A stretch of 32,000 nt of DNA from the NCBI GenBank assembly GCA_041662745.1, contig JBAZRV010000003.1, forward strand, positions 108,051 through 140,050, read 5' to 3'. Below are positions 8,645-18,679 of the stretch, in pieces (position 1 is the first letter of the stretch; each line of letters opens with the position of its first letter). The stretch is from Patescibacteria group bacterium. GTDB taxonomy: Bacteria > Patescibacteriota > Patescibacteriia > 2-01-FULL-39-33. The translations under genes were made by a program, and so were the position numbers. The notes beneath the pieces were generated by a model. The model did no database searches, was not told where the DNA came from, and worked only from the letters and a program-made list of their open reading frames with translations.

Positions 8645-8995
8645 TTAAATAAACTCAATGATAGCCACTTCCGCTCCGTCATTGACGCGTGGAGCTAATT
8701 TGACGATTCTGGTGTAGCCGCCTTTGCGATCTTTGTATTTCGGACCCAAAACTTCAAACAGTTTTTTGACCGCGCCTTGGGTGTAAAGCACCTTCAGGGC
8801 TTCACGGCGATTATGCAAAGTGTCGTTCTTGGCCAAGGTGATCAATTTTTCCACTTTGGGACGGGTTACCTGAGCTTTGGCCTTGGTGGTTTTGATTTTT
8901 TCGTAGACCACAAGAGAAGTAACCAAGCTGCGCAATAACGCTTCCCTTGGCGCCTTTTCACGACCCAATACTTTTCCTTTTCTGTTATGTCTCAT
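8645..8995 (-). CDS. rplQ: 50S ribosomal protein bL17
   Basis: MRHNRKGKVLGREKAPREALLRSLVTSLVVYEKIKTTKAKAQVTRPKVEKLITLAK. Confidence 0.96.
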   Translation of the reverse strand: MRHNRKGKVLGREKAPREALLRSLVTSLVVYEKIKTTKAKAQVTRPKVEKLITLAKNDTLHNRREALKVLYTQGAVKKLFEVLGPKYKDRKGGYTRIVKLAPRVNDGAEVAIIEFI

Positions 8996-9089
8996 AATAT
9001 GTTAGTCATAAAGTCTAAAGCCGAAGGTCTGGAAAGTTTAAAGAAAATCATTTAAACTCCGGGCTTGCGGTTTTTTGACTCAGTTCTGT

Positions 9090-9956
9090 TTATTCTTCAA
9101 TCTTTTTGGGGCGGCCGCGCTTTTTGGGCTTAGGCTCTTCCGTTGATTCTTCCCCAGCCCCTTCGGCGACTTCCGCGTTCTCTTCCAAAACTTCCTCAAC
9201 CTTTTCTTCAGCGGCGACTTCCGGCAGGATTATCGGCGCCTCAATATCAATTTCTTCTATTTCCCTGGTGCCGCCTTCCATAATCCAGCTAAACTGGTTG
9301 GTCAGGATTTCCGCCGCTTTTTTAACGGCATCTTCCGGGGAGATGGTGCCATCGGTTTCAACAGTTAAGATTAATTTATCATAATCGGTGCGTTGACCGA
9401 CGCGAGTCGCCTCTACCTCTAAGCCGACATTGATAACCGGCGTAAAAATAGAATCAGTCAAAATCGTGCCGATCTCGCCCTTGCCTTTATTCTGATCTTC
9501 CACCGGAACATAACCGATGCCTTTGGCTACGGTCAATTCCATTTCTATTTCGGCGTTTTCTGCGCTCAAGGAAGTGATGACGGCGTCTTTATTGACTACC
9601 TCGGCATCAACTGACTGCTGGATATCGGCGCCGGTAACTTTCTTTTTGCCTTCAGCTTTAAGTTGCAAGGTAACCGGTTCGTCGGAGTAAACCTTAAATC
9701 TTAAGGTTTTCAAATTAAGGATGATTTCCAAGACGTCTTCCGGCACATTCTCCATGGCTGAACATTCGTGCTTGACGCCTTTGATTTTAACGGCAGTAAC
9801 AGCGCCACCCGGCAGAGACGACAGTATGATGCGTCTTAGGGCGTTTCCTAATGTCAGGCCATAACCGGGAAAGCAGGGCTCAATTACAATTTGAGCTGAT
9901 TTGCCCGGAACCGATTCTTCAACAATGAATTTTTTAGGCAAAGGAATGTGTTTCAT
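9090..9956 (-). CDS. rpoA: DNA-directed RNA polymerase subunit alpha, N-terminal domain with atypical tail
   Basis: FEP-like GYGLTLGNALRRIILSSLPGGAVTAVKIKGVKHECSAMENVPEDVLEIILNLK, QFSWI; after about residue 235 only an acidic linker and KPKKRGRPKKIEE. Confidence 0.96.
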   Translation of the reverse strand: MKHIPLPKKFIVEESVPGKSAQIVIEPCFPGYGLTLGNALRRIILSSLPGGAVTAVKIKGVKHECSAMENVPEDVLEIILNLKTLRFKVYSDEPVTLQLKAEGKKKVTGADIQQSVDAEVVNKDAVITSLSAENAEIEMELTVAKGIGYVPVEDQNKGKGEIGTILTDSIFTPVINVGLEVEATRVGQRTDYDKLILTVETDGTISPEDAVKKAAEILTNQFSWIMEGGTREIEEIDIEAPIILPEVAAEEKVEEVLEENAEVAEGAGEESTEEPKPKKRGRPKKIEE

Positions 9957-10026
9957 AATATTTCCTCCTTGGCTGCCGGAACTTTAGCGCCGACAGCCTG
10001 TTAACTTAAAATAATTAAATTATTTA

Positions 10027-10665
10027 TTATTTGCTGTAGTACTCAACAATAGTTCGCCAATCAATATTAACGGCGATATCTCCTAATTTGGGCTGGCTGG
10101 TCACTTTTCCTTCAATCTTATCCGAGTCAATCGTCAGCCAGGCAGGAATGTTTGTCAGTTTGCTCAGTTTTTGTTTGATTTCTTTATAGCCGGAGCTTTT
10201 TAATATCTTGTCGGACAAAGCGATGACATCGCCGGTTTTGACTTGGTAAGAAGGAATGTTGACTTTTTCGCCGTTAACCCTGACATTGCCATGGCCGACC
10301 AACTGGCGGGCGGCGCGGCGGGAAGCGGCAAAACCCAAACGATAAACCGTATTATCCAAGCGTCCTTCCAAAAATCTAAACAGCCATTCGCCGGTATTGC
10401 CGACTTTGCTCAAAGACTTTTTAAAGTAAATTAAGAATTGCGCTTCATAAATGCCATACATGCGCTTGGCTTTTTGTTTTTCTGCCAATTGCTTGCCGAA
10501 ATTGGTTTTTTTACCAACACGTTGCAACGGGCCGTGCATGCCGGGAGGAAAATTGCGTTTAACCATCGGGCATTTGGCAGAGTTGCATTTTTCGCCTTTC
10601 AAAAATAATTTTTCACCGGCGCGGCGGCAAGATTTGCATTGAAGATTTCTAGTAAAGTTAGACAT
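10027..10665 (-). CDS. rpsD: 30S ribosomal protein uS4 (zinc-binding C+ form)
   Basis: MSNFTRNLQCKSCRRAGEKLFLKGEKCNSAKCPMVKRNFPPG...S4 domain RLDNTVYRLGFAASRRAARQLVGHGNVRVNG. Confidence 0.96.
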   Translation of the reverse strand: MSNFTRNLQCKSCRRAGEKLFLKGEKCNSAKCPMVKRNFPPGMHGPLQRVGKKTNFGKQLAEKQKAKRMYGIYEAQFLIYFKKSLSKVGNTGEWLFRFLEGRLDNTVYRLGFAASRRAARQLVGHGNVRVNGEKVNIPSYQVKTGDVIALSDKILKSSGYKEIKQKLSKLTNIPAWLTIDSDKIEGKVTSQPKLGDIAVNIDWRTIVEYYSK

Positions 10666-10692
10666 AAGGGATTAAGAATAGAAAAATAAAAA

Positions 10693-11169
10693 TTAAACGC
10701 GGCGCGGTCTGGGAGCGCGGCAGCCATTGTGAGGAATCGGGGTAATGTCTTTGATGCTGGAAACGATAAAACCATTGGCATTAATGGCGCGGACAGCTGA
10801 TTCGCGGCCGCCGCCGATGCCACGGACAAATACCGAGACTTCCTTTAAACCGTATTTTTTGACTTTTTCCGCAGCCGTTCTGACAATAATCGTCGCGGCA
10901 TAAGGAGTGGCCTTTTTGGGCCCCTTGAAACCGCATTGGCCGGCTGAACACCAGGACAACACATTGCCGTTTTGATCAGTGAAAGTGACAATGGTGTTGT
11001 TGTAGGTGGACTTAACGTAAGCCCGGCCGCTGGCTACCTGGCGGGCAGCGACGGTTTTTTTGACTTTCTTTTTCGACTTGTCGGCCGGTTTGGCGGCTTC
11101 GGCTTCAGCGTTAGCTTCTGCCGGAGCGGTCATAATGGTCGGTTCGTTTGTCAACAATTCTTCAGACAT
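10693..11169 (-). CDS. rpsK: 30S ribosomal protein uS11 with Ala/Glu-rich N-terminal extension
   Basis: ...[45 protein letters not shown]...[18 protein letters not shown]. Confidence 0.96.
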   Translation of the reverse strand: MSEELLTNEPTIMTAPAEANAEAEAAKPADKSKKKVKKTVAARQVASGRAYVKSTYNNTIVTFTDQNGNVLSWCSAGQCGFKGPKKATPYAATIIVRTAAEKVKKYGLKEVSVFVRGIGGGRESAVRAINANGFIVSSIKDITPIPHNGCRAPRPRRV

Positions 11170-11199
11170 AATTATATTGGTATTTGACTATTATATTGA

Positions 11200-11595
11200 T
11201 TAAGTTTTTTGGCTGGTGTCTTTTCTGCCCGAACCCATGGTTTTTCTAACATTGCCTCGCACGGTGCGGTTATTGGTTTTGGTGCGTTGGCCGCGAGCCG
11301 GCAAACCTTTCATGTGGCGGATTCCGCGATAAGACTTGATTTCTTTCAGGCGTTTGATATTGCTCATGACTTCTCGGCGCAAATCGCCTTCAATGTTAAA
11401 ACCGCCTTTTTCCACGGCCGTTCTTAAGGCGATCACCTGTTCTTCGGTCAAATCATTGACTCTGGTATCGGGATTGATTTTAACGCCGGCCAAAATTTTA
11501 TTGGCGCGCGGCTTACCGACGCCAAAAATATAAGTTAAAGCGATTTCTACTCTTTTATTGTTGGGGATAACGACTCCCGCGATTCTAACTGCCAT
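11200..11595 (-). CDS. rpsM: 30S ribosomal protein uS13
   Basis: [35 protein letters not shown]...[24 protein letters not shown]. Confidence 0.96.
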   Translation of the reverse strand: MAVRIAGVVIPNNKRVEIALTYIFGVGKPRANKILAGVKINPDTRVNDLTEEQVIALRTAVEKGGFNIEGDLRREVMSNIKRLKEIKSYRGIRHMKGLPARGQRTKTNNRTVRGNVRKTMGSGRKDTSQKT

Positions 11596-11618
11596 AATTA
11601 TGTATAGTTTATAAATTA

Positions 11619-11732
11619 TTACCCTTGGCGTTGTTTATGCTTGGGATTTTTGCAAATAACAACCAGACGCTTTTTGCGCCTGATGACTTGGCAATCCTTG
11701 CAAATTTTTTTAACTGAAGCTCTAACTTTCAT
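11619..11732 (-). CDS. rpmJ: 50S ribosomal protein bL36
   Basis: Reverse strand [37 protein letters not shown] (37 aa); classic CxxC..CxxxxH zinc ribbon; shorter than the ORF track cutoff. Confidence 0.96.
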   Translation of the reverse strand: MKVRASVKKICKDCQVIRRKKRLVVICKNPKHKQRQG

Positions 11733-11827
11733 AAAGATAAAAATTGAGAAATAAGAAATTAAGGTAGGCAAAACTCACTCTTGGCTTTTAGCCATTAGCT
11801 GTATGCTATGTGCCATAAGCTACTGTG

Positions 11828-12067
11828 TTAATAACGATAAGTGATGCGTCCGCGAGTCAGGTCATAGGGCGTCATTTGGACTTTGACTTTGTCTCCGGGC
11901 AACAGGCGGATGTTAAACATTCGCATCTTGCCGGATAAATGAGCCAAAATCTCATGGCCATTCATTAACCGGACGCGGAAGTTGGCTGACGGCAATGATT
12001 CCGTCACCTCGCCATCCAACTCCAAGAAATCCTTAGAGTCAGCGGCATTTTCTGGTTGTTGTGACAT
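11828..12067 (-). CDS. infA: Translation initiation factor IF-1
   Basis: [66 protein letters not shown]; internal start MSQQPE preferred over track start 12091. Confidence 0.95.
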   Translation of the reverse strand: MSQQPENAADSKDFLELDGEVTESLPSANFRVRLMNGHEILAHLSGKMRMFNIRLLPGDKVKVQMTPYDLTRGRITYRY

Positions 12068-12339
12068 TGTAAAGTTATTCTTTAATAACAAACTACTTAA
12101 TTATTATTTGTCGTTTTACTTTTTAACGGGTAAAACTGTAAATAAGGCTATGTTTTTTTCAGATAAAACAAAAACTCACGGCTCCCTTCTTTACATCCAA
12201 AATCGACCATACTTTTAAGGAAATTAAGCCAAATTTTGTCTTTTTCAAATCTGAGATAATTATAGCAGATTGAGTAATTTTGTCAATACTTGCCGAATTT
12301 AATTTAATTTTATAGTAATTTTAGCCTATTGTCAAGAAA

Positions 12340-12373
12340 AACCCGTTGCCGGATGGCAAACGGGTTAAGTTTT
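12340..12373 (-). terminator. Terminator-like hairpin
   Basis: AAAAACCCGTTgccggatggcAAACGGGttaagTTTTT. Confidence 0.5.
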
Positions 12374-12562
12374 TGGTTTGCCAGCCTCACCCCGTTCACC
12401 TAATTGATCTCTTAGGCTTTTGTTCTCTCGGCGCAAGCGTTCATTGTCATTGGCGATTTGCATAACGCCGTAAAATATAAAACCGAAAAGCGCTAAGATA
12501 AAAATAAAAATAAGGTAGTGCTGGCAAAAAATTAAAAGAACTAAATAAAGCGATTCTTTCAT
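12365..12562 (-). CDS. Small membrane protein, one or two TM segments (65 aa)
   Basis: MKESLYLVLLIFCQHYLIFIFILALFGFIFYGVMQIANDNERLRRENKSLRDQLGE...: hydrophobic N-terminus then coiled-coil. Confidence 0.4.
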   Translation of the reverse strand: MKESLYLVLLIFCQHYLIFIFILALFGFIFYGVMQIANDNERLRRENKSLRDQLGERGEAGKPKT

Positions 12563-12619
12563 TATCCCTCCTTTCGCAGCCGTTGTTTCGGGTAATTCTA
12601 TGATGCCGGTAATTAATAA

Positions 12620-14398
12620 TCAATCCAAAATCGCCTTAATGCGTCTGATGCCGGACGAGGATGCCTCTTCTTTGATAATTTTGAAGTGCCCCAGTTCGCC
12701 GGTATTTTTGGCATGCGGTCCGCCGCAAATCTCTTTGGAGAAGCATTGTTCAAAAGTGGAGTCGCCGCCGATGCTGTAAACCTTGACGCGATCGCCATAC
12801 TTGCTGTCAAAGATTCCCATGGCGCCGCACTCGCGGGCCTTTTCAATGGATAATTCTTCGCTGATAACGGGCAAGTTTTTTGCTATTTGTTCGTTGACCA
12901 AATCTTCTATTTGCTTTAACTGTTCCGGCGCAACCTTTTCCGGATGCGAAAAATCAAACCGGATGCGTTCGGCGGTAATATTGGAACCGCGTTGAAATAC
13001 GTGATCACCCAGGATATGACGCATGGCCGCCAGCATTAAATGAGTGGCCGTGTGCATGCGCGCCGACAGTTCGGTGTTGTCGGCCAGTCCGCCTTTGAAT
13101 TTCTTTTCCGCTCCTTGGCGCGAGGTTTGCTGATGCTTGGAAAATTCCTTTTGATATTCTTCTTCATCAATTATCAGATCTTTTTCTTTGGCTAATTCAC
13201 GCGTCATCTCAATAGGAAAACCGTAAGTGGAAAACAGTTGGAAGGCATCGGCGCCGGAAATTTTTTTGTCTTCTATTTTTAATTTATCAAATTTTTTCAA
13301 ACCGTTTTCTAAAGTAATGTTGAATTTTTCTTCTTCCTTATTAAGCTCGTCAATAATTTGGTCGCGTTTTTCCCGCAATTCTTTGTAGAATCCGCCCTGC
13401 AATTCAATCACCGCTTCGGCCACTTGAGAGGTGAAAGGAGAATTAATGCCCAGTTCGGCGCCGAAGCGGATGGCGCGGCGCAACAAACGGCGCAAGACAT
13501 AACCCTGCTCCACATTAGACGGAATTACGCCGTCAGCCAACAGAAAGGCGGCGGCGCGCAAATGATCGGCAATAATCCTGACCGGTCTTAATTCCTCCGG
13601 TTCCAGTTCGTCAGGCAAAAGGCCGCCTAAAGCGCAAACTTGGGCGACAATGCTGTACAGCGGATCAATATCGTAAGCGCTGGACTTGCCGTCCAGAGTG
13701 GCCACGGTGCGCTCCACGCCCATGCCCGTATCCACGTTTTTCTGTGTCAGCTCTTCATATCTGCCGTCGGCGGTTTTATTGTAAACCATGAATACGTTAT
13801 TCCAGATTTCCACCCAACGCTTGTCGTTCGGATCAAATTCTGTTGGTGCCGGTTCTTCGCCGGACCAATAAAACATTTCCGTATCCGGACCGCAGGGACC
13901 GGTTTGGCCGGCCGGGCCCCACCAATTGTCGGCTTTGGGCAAATAAGCGATGCGCGCCGGCTGAACTCCCAGTTCCTGCCAGAGAGCGAATGATTCCCGG
14001 TCTTGCGGCGCGTCATCATCGCCGGCGAAACAAGTAAAGGCCAGTTTATCCAAAGGAATGCCTAATTCTTTGGTTAAAAAATTAAAACTCAAAGTAATAG
14101 CTTCTTTTTTGCCATAATCGCCCAATGACCAATTGCCTAACATCTCAAATAAAGTCAAATGCCAAGCATCGCCGACATCGTCAATGTCGCCGGTACGAAT
14201 GCATTTTTGGACATTGGCCAAGCGTTTGCCGCAAGGATGTTTTTCGCCCAAGAGGTACGGCACTAAGGGGTGCATGCCGGCGGTGATGAATAAAGCGGTC
14301 GGATCATTTTCCGGCACCAGAGGCGCGCCGGGAATAATTGCGTGGCCGTTCTTTTCAAAATATTCAAGAAATTTTGTTTTTAAATCCTTAGTAGTCAT
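12620..14398 (-). CDS. alaS: Alanine--tRNA ligase, short form (592 aa, no C-Ala domain)
   Basis: ITAGMHPLVPYLLGEKHPCGKRLANVQKCIRTGDIDDVGDAWHLTLFEMLGNWSLGDYGK; editing-domain HTATHLMLAA and CGGPHAKNTGELGHFKIIKEEASSSGIRRIKAILD at the C-terminus. Confidence 0.96.
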   Translation of the reverse strand: MTTKDLKTKFLEYFEKNGHAIIPGAPLVPENDPTALFITAGMHPLVPYLLGEKHPCGKRLANVQKCIRTGDIDDVGDAWHLTLFEMLGNWSLGDYGKKEAITLSFNFLTKELGIPLDKLAFTCFAGDDDAPQDRESFALWQELGVQPARIAYLPKADNWWGPAGQTGPCGPDTEMFYWSGEEPAPTEFDPNDKRWVEIWNNVFMVYNKTADGRYEELTQKNVDTGMGVERTVATLDGKSSAYDIDPLYSIVAQVCALGGLLPDELEPEELRPVRIIADHLRAAAFLLADGVIPSNVEQGYVLRRLLRRAIRFGAELGINSPFTSQVAEAVIELQGGFYKELREKRDQIIDELNKEEEKFNITLENGLKKFDKLKIEDKKISGADAFQLFSTYGFPIEMTRELAKEKDLIIDEEEYQKEFSKHQQTSRQGAEKKFKGGLADNTELSARMHTATHLMLAAMRHILGDHVFQRGSNITAERIRFDFSHPEKVAPEQLKQIEDLVNEQIAKNLPVISEELSIEKARECGAMGIFDSKYGDRVKVYSIGGDSTFEQCFSKEICGGPHAKNTGELGHFKIIKEEASSSGIRRIKAILD

Positions 14399-14593
14399 AA
14401 TATGACGTATGGTTTATGGCGCATGATAAACAACCGATAACCCCTGATTAATTTTAGTTTATTGGAAGTCCTTTGAATACCCCGACCGCTTGGCGGCGGG
14501 ATCAACTTCATGTATGAAATCATAACAAAATCAGCTGATTTTGGCAAATTTGAAATAATTAAAGCAGGATTGAATAAATCATGAAAAATGAAA

Positions 14594-14626
14594 ACGCCCG
14601 GCAGTTATGTACCGCGCGGGCGTTAA
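14594..14626. terminator. Terminator-like hairpin
   Basis: AACGCCCGgcagttatgtaccgCGCGGGCGTT. Confidence 0.5.
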
Positions 14627-14640
14627 GGTGCTTTGGATTA

Positions 14641-15180
14641 TTAATTTGTTTCTTCGCAAACTTCTTTCTTGAAGACTAGTTTGACGCTTGTGATCCCCGG
14701 CAGATTATCTTTCCACCACTGGGCCGCCTCGGGATTTTTCTTTTTCAGCAATTCAATTGCCTCATTTCCGTAAACTTCATAACCCCCAAGATTTTCCGGT
14801 CGACCCCCCCGGACACCAATTTGGCGGCCGGTTGCAGTACTCGGTACTGCCGACAATTTCAAACCAATCCATGCTTGACGTACCCATTCAGGGGCTTGTC
14901 CCGGCGGAATCGCGATGATTTTAATTTTCATTCTGTCCTCCTCATGCATTGTTGGCGTTTCAACTGTTGCAGCTTCTTTTTTGTTTTTCTGCTCCAGCGC
15001 TTCTAAATATTTCTTATAGCCGGGAAAATACATATGAATTCCTCGGACTGCCCCACTTACACTATCGCATTTTTGTTCAATTACCGCATCGCAATCTTCG
15101 CAGCCAAACCAATTCATGCCACTGTGCCGATACAGCTTGGGTAGTAGTATCATTTCTTTACCGCATGTTTGACAACGCAT
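14641..15180 (-). CDS. Zinc-ribbon hypothetical protein (179 aa)
   Basis: N-terminal MRCQTCGKEMILL...WFGCEDCDAVIEQ; remainder unrecognised. Confidence 0.55.
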   Translation of the reverse strand: MRCQTCGKEMILLPKLYRHSGMNWFGCEDCDAVIEQKCDSVSGAVRGIHMYFPGYKKYLEALEQKNKKEAATVETPTMHEEDRMKIKIIAIPPGQAPEWVRQAWIGLKLSAVPSTATGRQIGVRGGRPENLGGYEVYGNEAIELLKKKNPEAAQWWKDNLPGITSVKLVFKKEVCEETN

Positions 15181-15182
15181 AA

Positions 15183-15968
15183 TTAAATTCCTCCTTGATC
15201 TGTTGCAGTTTTATTTTCCCCATCTTCAAACACTTGCTCTATGATTTTTTTCAATTTTCTCCTTAATTCATTAAAATCCAAATTCTCATATTCCGCAGGA
15301 GTGACCGGCTTTAGAAATTCAAAAGTTATGATTCCCGGCCGAACCAACAAACTGCCGCGTTTCCAAGACTCATAAGCGCCTCGGATCACGCAGGGAATAA
15401 TGACGGGTTGGGCATTTTTGGCTAAGTGAAAGGCGCCCTTTTTGAATTCTTGCGGGTGGCCGGTTTTGCTCCTCTCGCCTTCCGGAAAGACCGCCAGCGA
15501 TTCGCCGGCTTTAATCGCTTTTTCTATTTTTTTCATGGAGGCGATCGCCTGTCCGCGATCCTTATTGTCTACGGGAATAATGCCGTGGGCTTTCATCATC
15601 CAGCCCCAAACGGGCAGGCGGAAATATTTGGCGGCGCCGACGCCGGTAATCCGTTGCGGCATGGCATAAGCCACTAAAAAAGCGTCCAGAAACGATTGAT
15701 GATTGATCAAATATAAATACGGTCCGGCAGCCCGATCGGGTATTATACCCTTAATCACCACTCGTTGCCCGAGTGTTTTTAGGCAAAACCAACCGCAGGG
15801 TCGGATCCAAAAACGCCACAATAATTCTCGTGGCAGAAACAACAGCCAGAACATATAGAAATTGGCGCAAATAAACACAGTCAAGACAAAAAATAACAGG
15901 GCAATCAGCGAGCGCAAAACACCAAAAAGATCATACAATAGTTTCCCCGCCTTAACTGTTGTTTTCAT
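15183..15968 (-). CDS. 1-acyl-sn-glycerol-3-phosphate acyltransferase family (PlsC-like)
   Basis: LINHQSFLDAF (H-x4-D), VFPEGERSKTG, GIIPVDNKDRG. Start at MKTTVKAGK preferred; track ORF extends to 16043. Confidence 0.9.
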   Translation of the reverse strand: MKTTVKAGKLLYDLFGVLRSLIALLFFVLTVFICANFYMFWLLFLPRELLWRFWIRPCGWFCLKTLGQRVVIKGIIPDRAAGPYLYLINHQSFLDAFLVAYAMPQRITGVGAAKYFRLPVWGWMMKAHGIIPVDNKDRGQAIASMKKIEKAIKAGESLAVFPEGERSKTGHPQEFKKGAFHLAKNAQPVIIPCVIRGAYESWKRGSLLVRPGIITFEFLKPVTPAEYENLDFNELRRKLKKIIEQVFEDGENKTATDQGGI

Positions 15969-16383
15969 TGGTTTTCCTTTCCGGTTTTGAGGCGCGTTTT
16001 TTCCGCCTGCCCGTTCGCAAATAATCAGCAGGAGAAAAGTCAATTAGCGGCGGCGGCGTACCGTCTTTTTCCAAATTGGCGACAATTTGGCGATAGCGAA
16101 CGACCTTAGCTATTTCCTCGGCGTAAACATGAAAATAACGATCTAACGGCGATTGCCGATTGTCGCTGCAAGAAATACCAGCAGTCAATTCAAAGACATT
16201 GCCGCACTTTTTACAGCCCCAGAAAACCCGGTCGTGAAGCTCGGTTCCCGGATTTGATAATCTTGGAATTTTGGGTAAACGCCTTAACGCCGGTATCTTT
16301 TTTCTTGACGGCTGATGTGACCGGCGACAAATCGGGCAAAACATTTTTTCCATTGTTTCTGCATCCTTATTGTTGTGATTCAA
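15952..16383 (-). CDS. Zinc-ribbon hypothetical protein (143 aa)
   Basis: MFCPICRRSHQP...FWGCKKCGNVFELTAGISC; two CxxC pairs. Confidence 0.55.
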   Translation of the reverse strand: MNHNNKDAETMEKMFCPICRRSHQPSRKKIPALRRLPKIPRLSNPGTELHDRVFWGCKKCGNVFELTAGISCSDNRQSPLDRYFHVYAEEIAKVVRYRQIVANLEKDGTPPPLIDFSPADYLRTGRRKKRASKPERKTNENNS

Positions 16384-16452
16384 TTGTCAAGGTTCTTAGT
16401 TGATTATTATTAACTATCATTGAGTTTTTGTCAATCTAATCAAAAATGGTTA

Positions 16453-17529
16453 TTAACCGCTGATGATTCCTCCGCCGAGCAATTTATCGCCGTCATAAAA
16501 GACGATTGATTGTCCGGGCGTAGCGGCGCGAGGCGGACGTGCGAATTCCGCTACGTAGCGCCGGCCGATTTTTTTGATTCGGCATTTTTCCGGTCGGGCC
16601 TGATAACGGATTTGCGCTTCACAGGACAAGGGTAAATTGATTTCTCCCGCCAGCCAATTAGCCGATTTAAAAAACACTTGGCGGCCATGCAACTTGGCGC
16701 TGTCGAATTTTTTTGACACTATCAGCTCGTTTTTTTTGCGATTAAAAGCGATCACATACCAAGGCCCGCCGGATAAGCCGATGCCGCTGCGCTGGCCCAG
16801 GGTGTAAAGAGCCAGCCCTTGATGCGCGCCGATAATTTCGCCTGCTTCATTAATGATTTTACCCGGCTTTAATTTTAAATATTTTTTCAGGAATTCCGCG
16901 TAGCTTTGGCCGACAAAGCAGATTTCTTGGCTGTCAGGCTTGGCGTGCACGGCCAAACGGAATTTTTTGGCCAATCCCCTCACCTGTTCCTTGGCGTAAT
17001 CGGCCAAAGGAAACAAAAGGTGTTTTAACTGTTCTTGCTTTAAATTATATAAGAAGTACGTTTGATCTTTATTTTTGTCTTTGGGACGGTATAATTCAAA
17101 TTGATTTTCAGTTTGCGGCTTGAGTCGCGCATAATGGCCGGTGGCCACATAATCAGCATCAAAGACAGTGCGAGCATAATCCAATAACAATTTAAACTTG
17201 ATGAATTTGTTGCAAGCGACGCAAGGATTGGGCGTACGACCGGCCTTGTATTCGGCCAAGAACTCGTCAACGATTATTTTTTTGAATTGTTTGCCGAAAT
17301 TAACCTTATGAATCGGGATATCCAGCACGTGCGCCACTTCCCTAGCCTCGTTCCAAGCCGCCAAACTGCAACAGCGGTTCTCGCCGTACTTCTCTCCGCT
17401 GGGAAACCAGAATTGCATAAACACGCCCACAACATTATAGCCTTGGTTTTTCAATAGCGCCGCAACTGCCGAGGAGTCCACTCCGCCGGACATGGCCACT
17501 ACGACTTTTTTATTTTGGTTTTTTTTCAT
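16453..17529 (-). CDS. mnmA: tRNA-specific 2-thiouridylase MnmA
   Basis: VVVAMSGGVDSSAVAALL, TPNPCVACNKFIKF, ATGHYARL, KPDSQEICFVGQ, GLGGPWYV-type C-terminus. Confidence 0.96.
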   Translation of the reverse strand: MKKNQNKKVVVAMSGGVDSSAVAALLKNQGYNVVGVFMQFWFPSGEKYGENRCCSLAAWNEAREVAHVLDIPIHKVNFGKQFKKIIVDEFLAEYKAGRTPNPCVACNKFIKFKLLLDYARTVFDADYVATGHYARLKPQTENQFELYRPKDKNKDQTYFLYNLKQEQLKHLLFPLADYAKEQVRGLAKKFRLAVHAKPDSQEICFVGQSYAEFLKKYLKLKPGKIINEAGEIIGAHQGLALYTLGQRSGIGLSGGPWYVIAFNRKKNELIVSKKFDSAKLHGRQVFFKSANWLAGEINLPLSCEAQIRYQARPEKCRIKKIGRRYVAEFARPPRAATPGQSIVFYDGDKLLGGGIISG

Positions 17530-17706
17530 ACTTCAATCATAACCGATATTTTTCAGAAAAACAAACAAGGGCCGGCTAATCGACTGTGCAAATCACAAGC
17601 CCCCTTAAGGCGCCTAAGCGCTTGATCGTTAAAATATTATTAATAAAAAAACGCCGAAAAAATTTCCGGCGCAGTTGTCAAAATGATCAGGTTACCAAAA
17701 AGCGTC

Positions 17707-18447
17707 TTAACACCCCCGCTTGTCTTCCGGTTTGTTGAATTTGGCAAAGCTGGACAGCAGGATCCGTTCAAAATATCCTTTGCAGAAGTTGTACAAGTTT
17801 TCAAACAACCTGATAGCGAATTCCCGCAGGATCGTGCGTGGCAGCGATAGCGGCCACCAGACCCACCAGAAAATCAGCTTCTCCTTGTATTTGTCAAGAT
17901 TGGGTCTGTCGGAGATGCGCTGGAGTTCGCAAATCGTCAGCCATTTGTTTTTTAGCTCTGGAGTGGGGATAACTTGCGTTCCTACGATATTATTCCTTTT
18001 AAGAAATTCATTCAGGAGGGCGCCGTATTCCTCAGCCAAAGAAATACTCAACAATTTTAATTTAATGCTCGCGTAAACCAACCCGATCACGATGTAACCG
18101 AAGAAAATTCCGATAATAACCAGAGGGTTGGCGTAAACGTACCTGAATAAGATTACAAAGGGGTTGAACGCACCCAAAAGCCACATGGCAAAAACACCTA
18201 CCGCAATCAATATCACCGGTGTTTGCCATTCGTCGTCAGTGCAATATAACACCAGAATAATCAGCCAAATAGAGCAATAAATCCAGAAGCCCAAGCCGCC
18301 GAATATGAAAAGGTTGAAGATGGTCCAACTGCTTAAATGCACAAAAAACGACGGTACCGGGGTGTCATTCGCTTGATTGACTACGCAGCCGGACATGGCT
18401 ATCGCGCCCATGGACAATAGCAAGGTCAGTAGCAGAATTTTTTTCAT
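17707..18447 (-). CDS. Multi-pass membrane protein with lipobox-like signal (246 aa)
   Basis: MKKILLLTLLLSMGAIAMSGCVVNQAN... plus several TM stretches. Confidence 0.55.
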   Translation of the reverse strand: MKKILLLTLLLSMGAIAMSGCVVNQANDTPVPSFFVHLSSWTIFNLFIFGGLGFWIYCSIWLIILVLYCTDDEWQTPVILIAVGVFAMWLLGAFNPFVILFRYVYANPLVIIGIFFGYIVIGLVYASIKLKLLSISLAEEYGALLNEFLKRNNIVGTQVIPTPELKNKWLTICELQRISDRPNLDKYKEKLIFWWVWWPLSLPRTILREFAIRLFENLYNFCKGYFERILLSSFAKFNKPEDKRGC

Positions 18448-18679
18448 TTGTCTCTCCTTGTCTGTTTTTACCCTGTTTTTTGACTAATCAGTTTAACTTT
18501 AAAAGAGCATCAATCGCTATTGCCGCTATTTGTTTAACGCATCGTTTTCTCCCTTGATTGTCCTATGTTTTAACGGTAATAATTGAGTTTAGCAAATTTA
18601 TTATATGTTGTCAAACAGTTTCAGACGCTAAATTTGATTTTTTTAAAAATCATTCTTATCTATTAATAACACCATAATT

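Noticed and set aside
9106-9384. Forward ORFs antisense to rpoA and to other ribosomal genes (also 10243, 10451, 10972, 11209, 11336)
   Set aside because: Antisense shadows of highly supported genes, typical of codon bias, no RBS.
13358-13993. Forward ORFs antisense to alaS
   Set aside because: Shadow ORFs over a strongly conserved synthetase gene.
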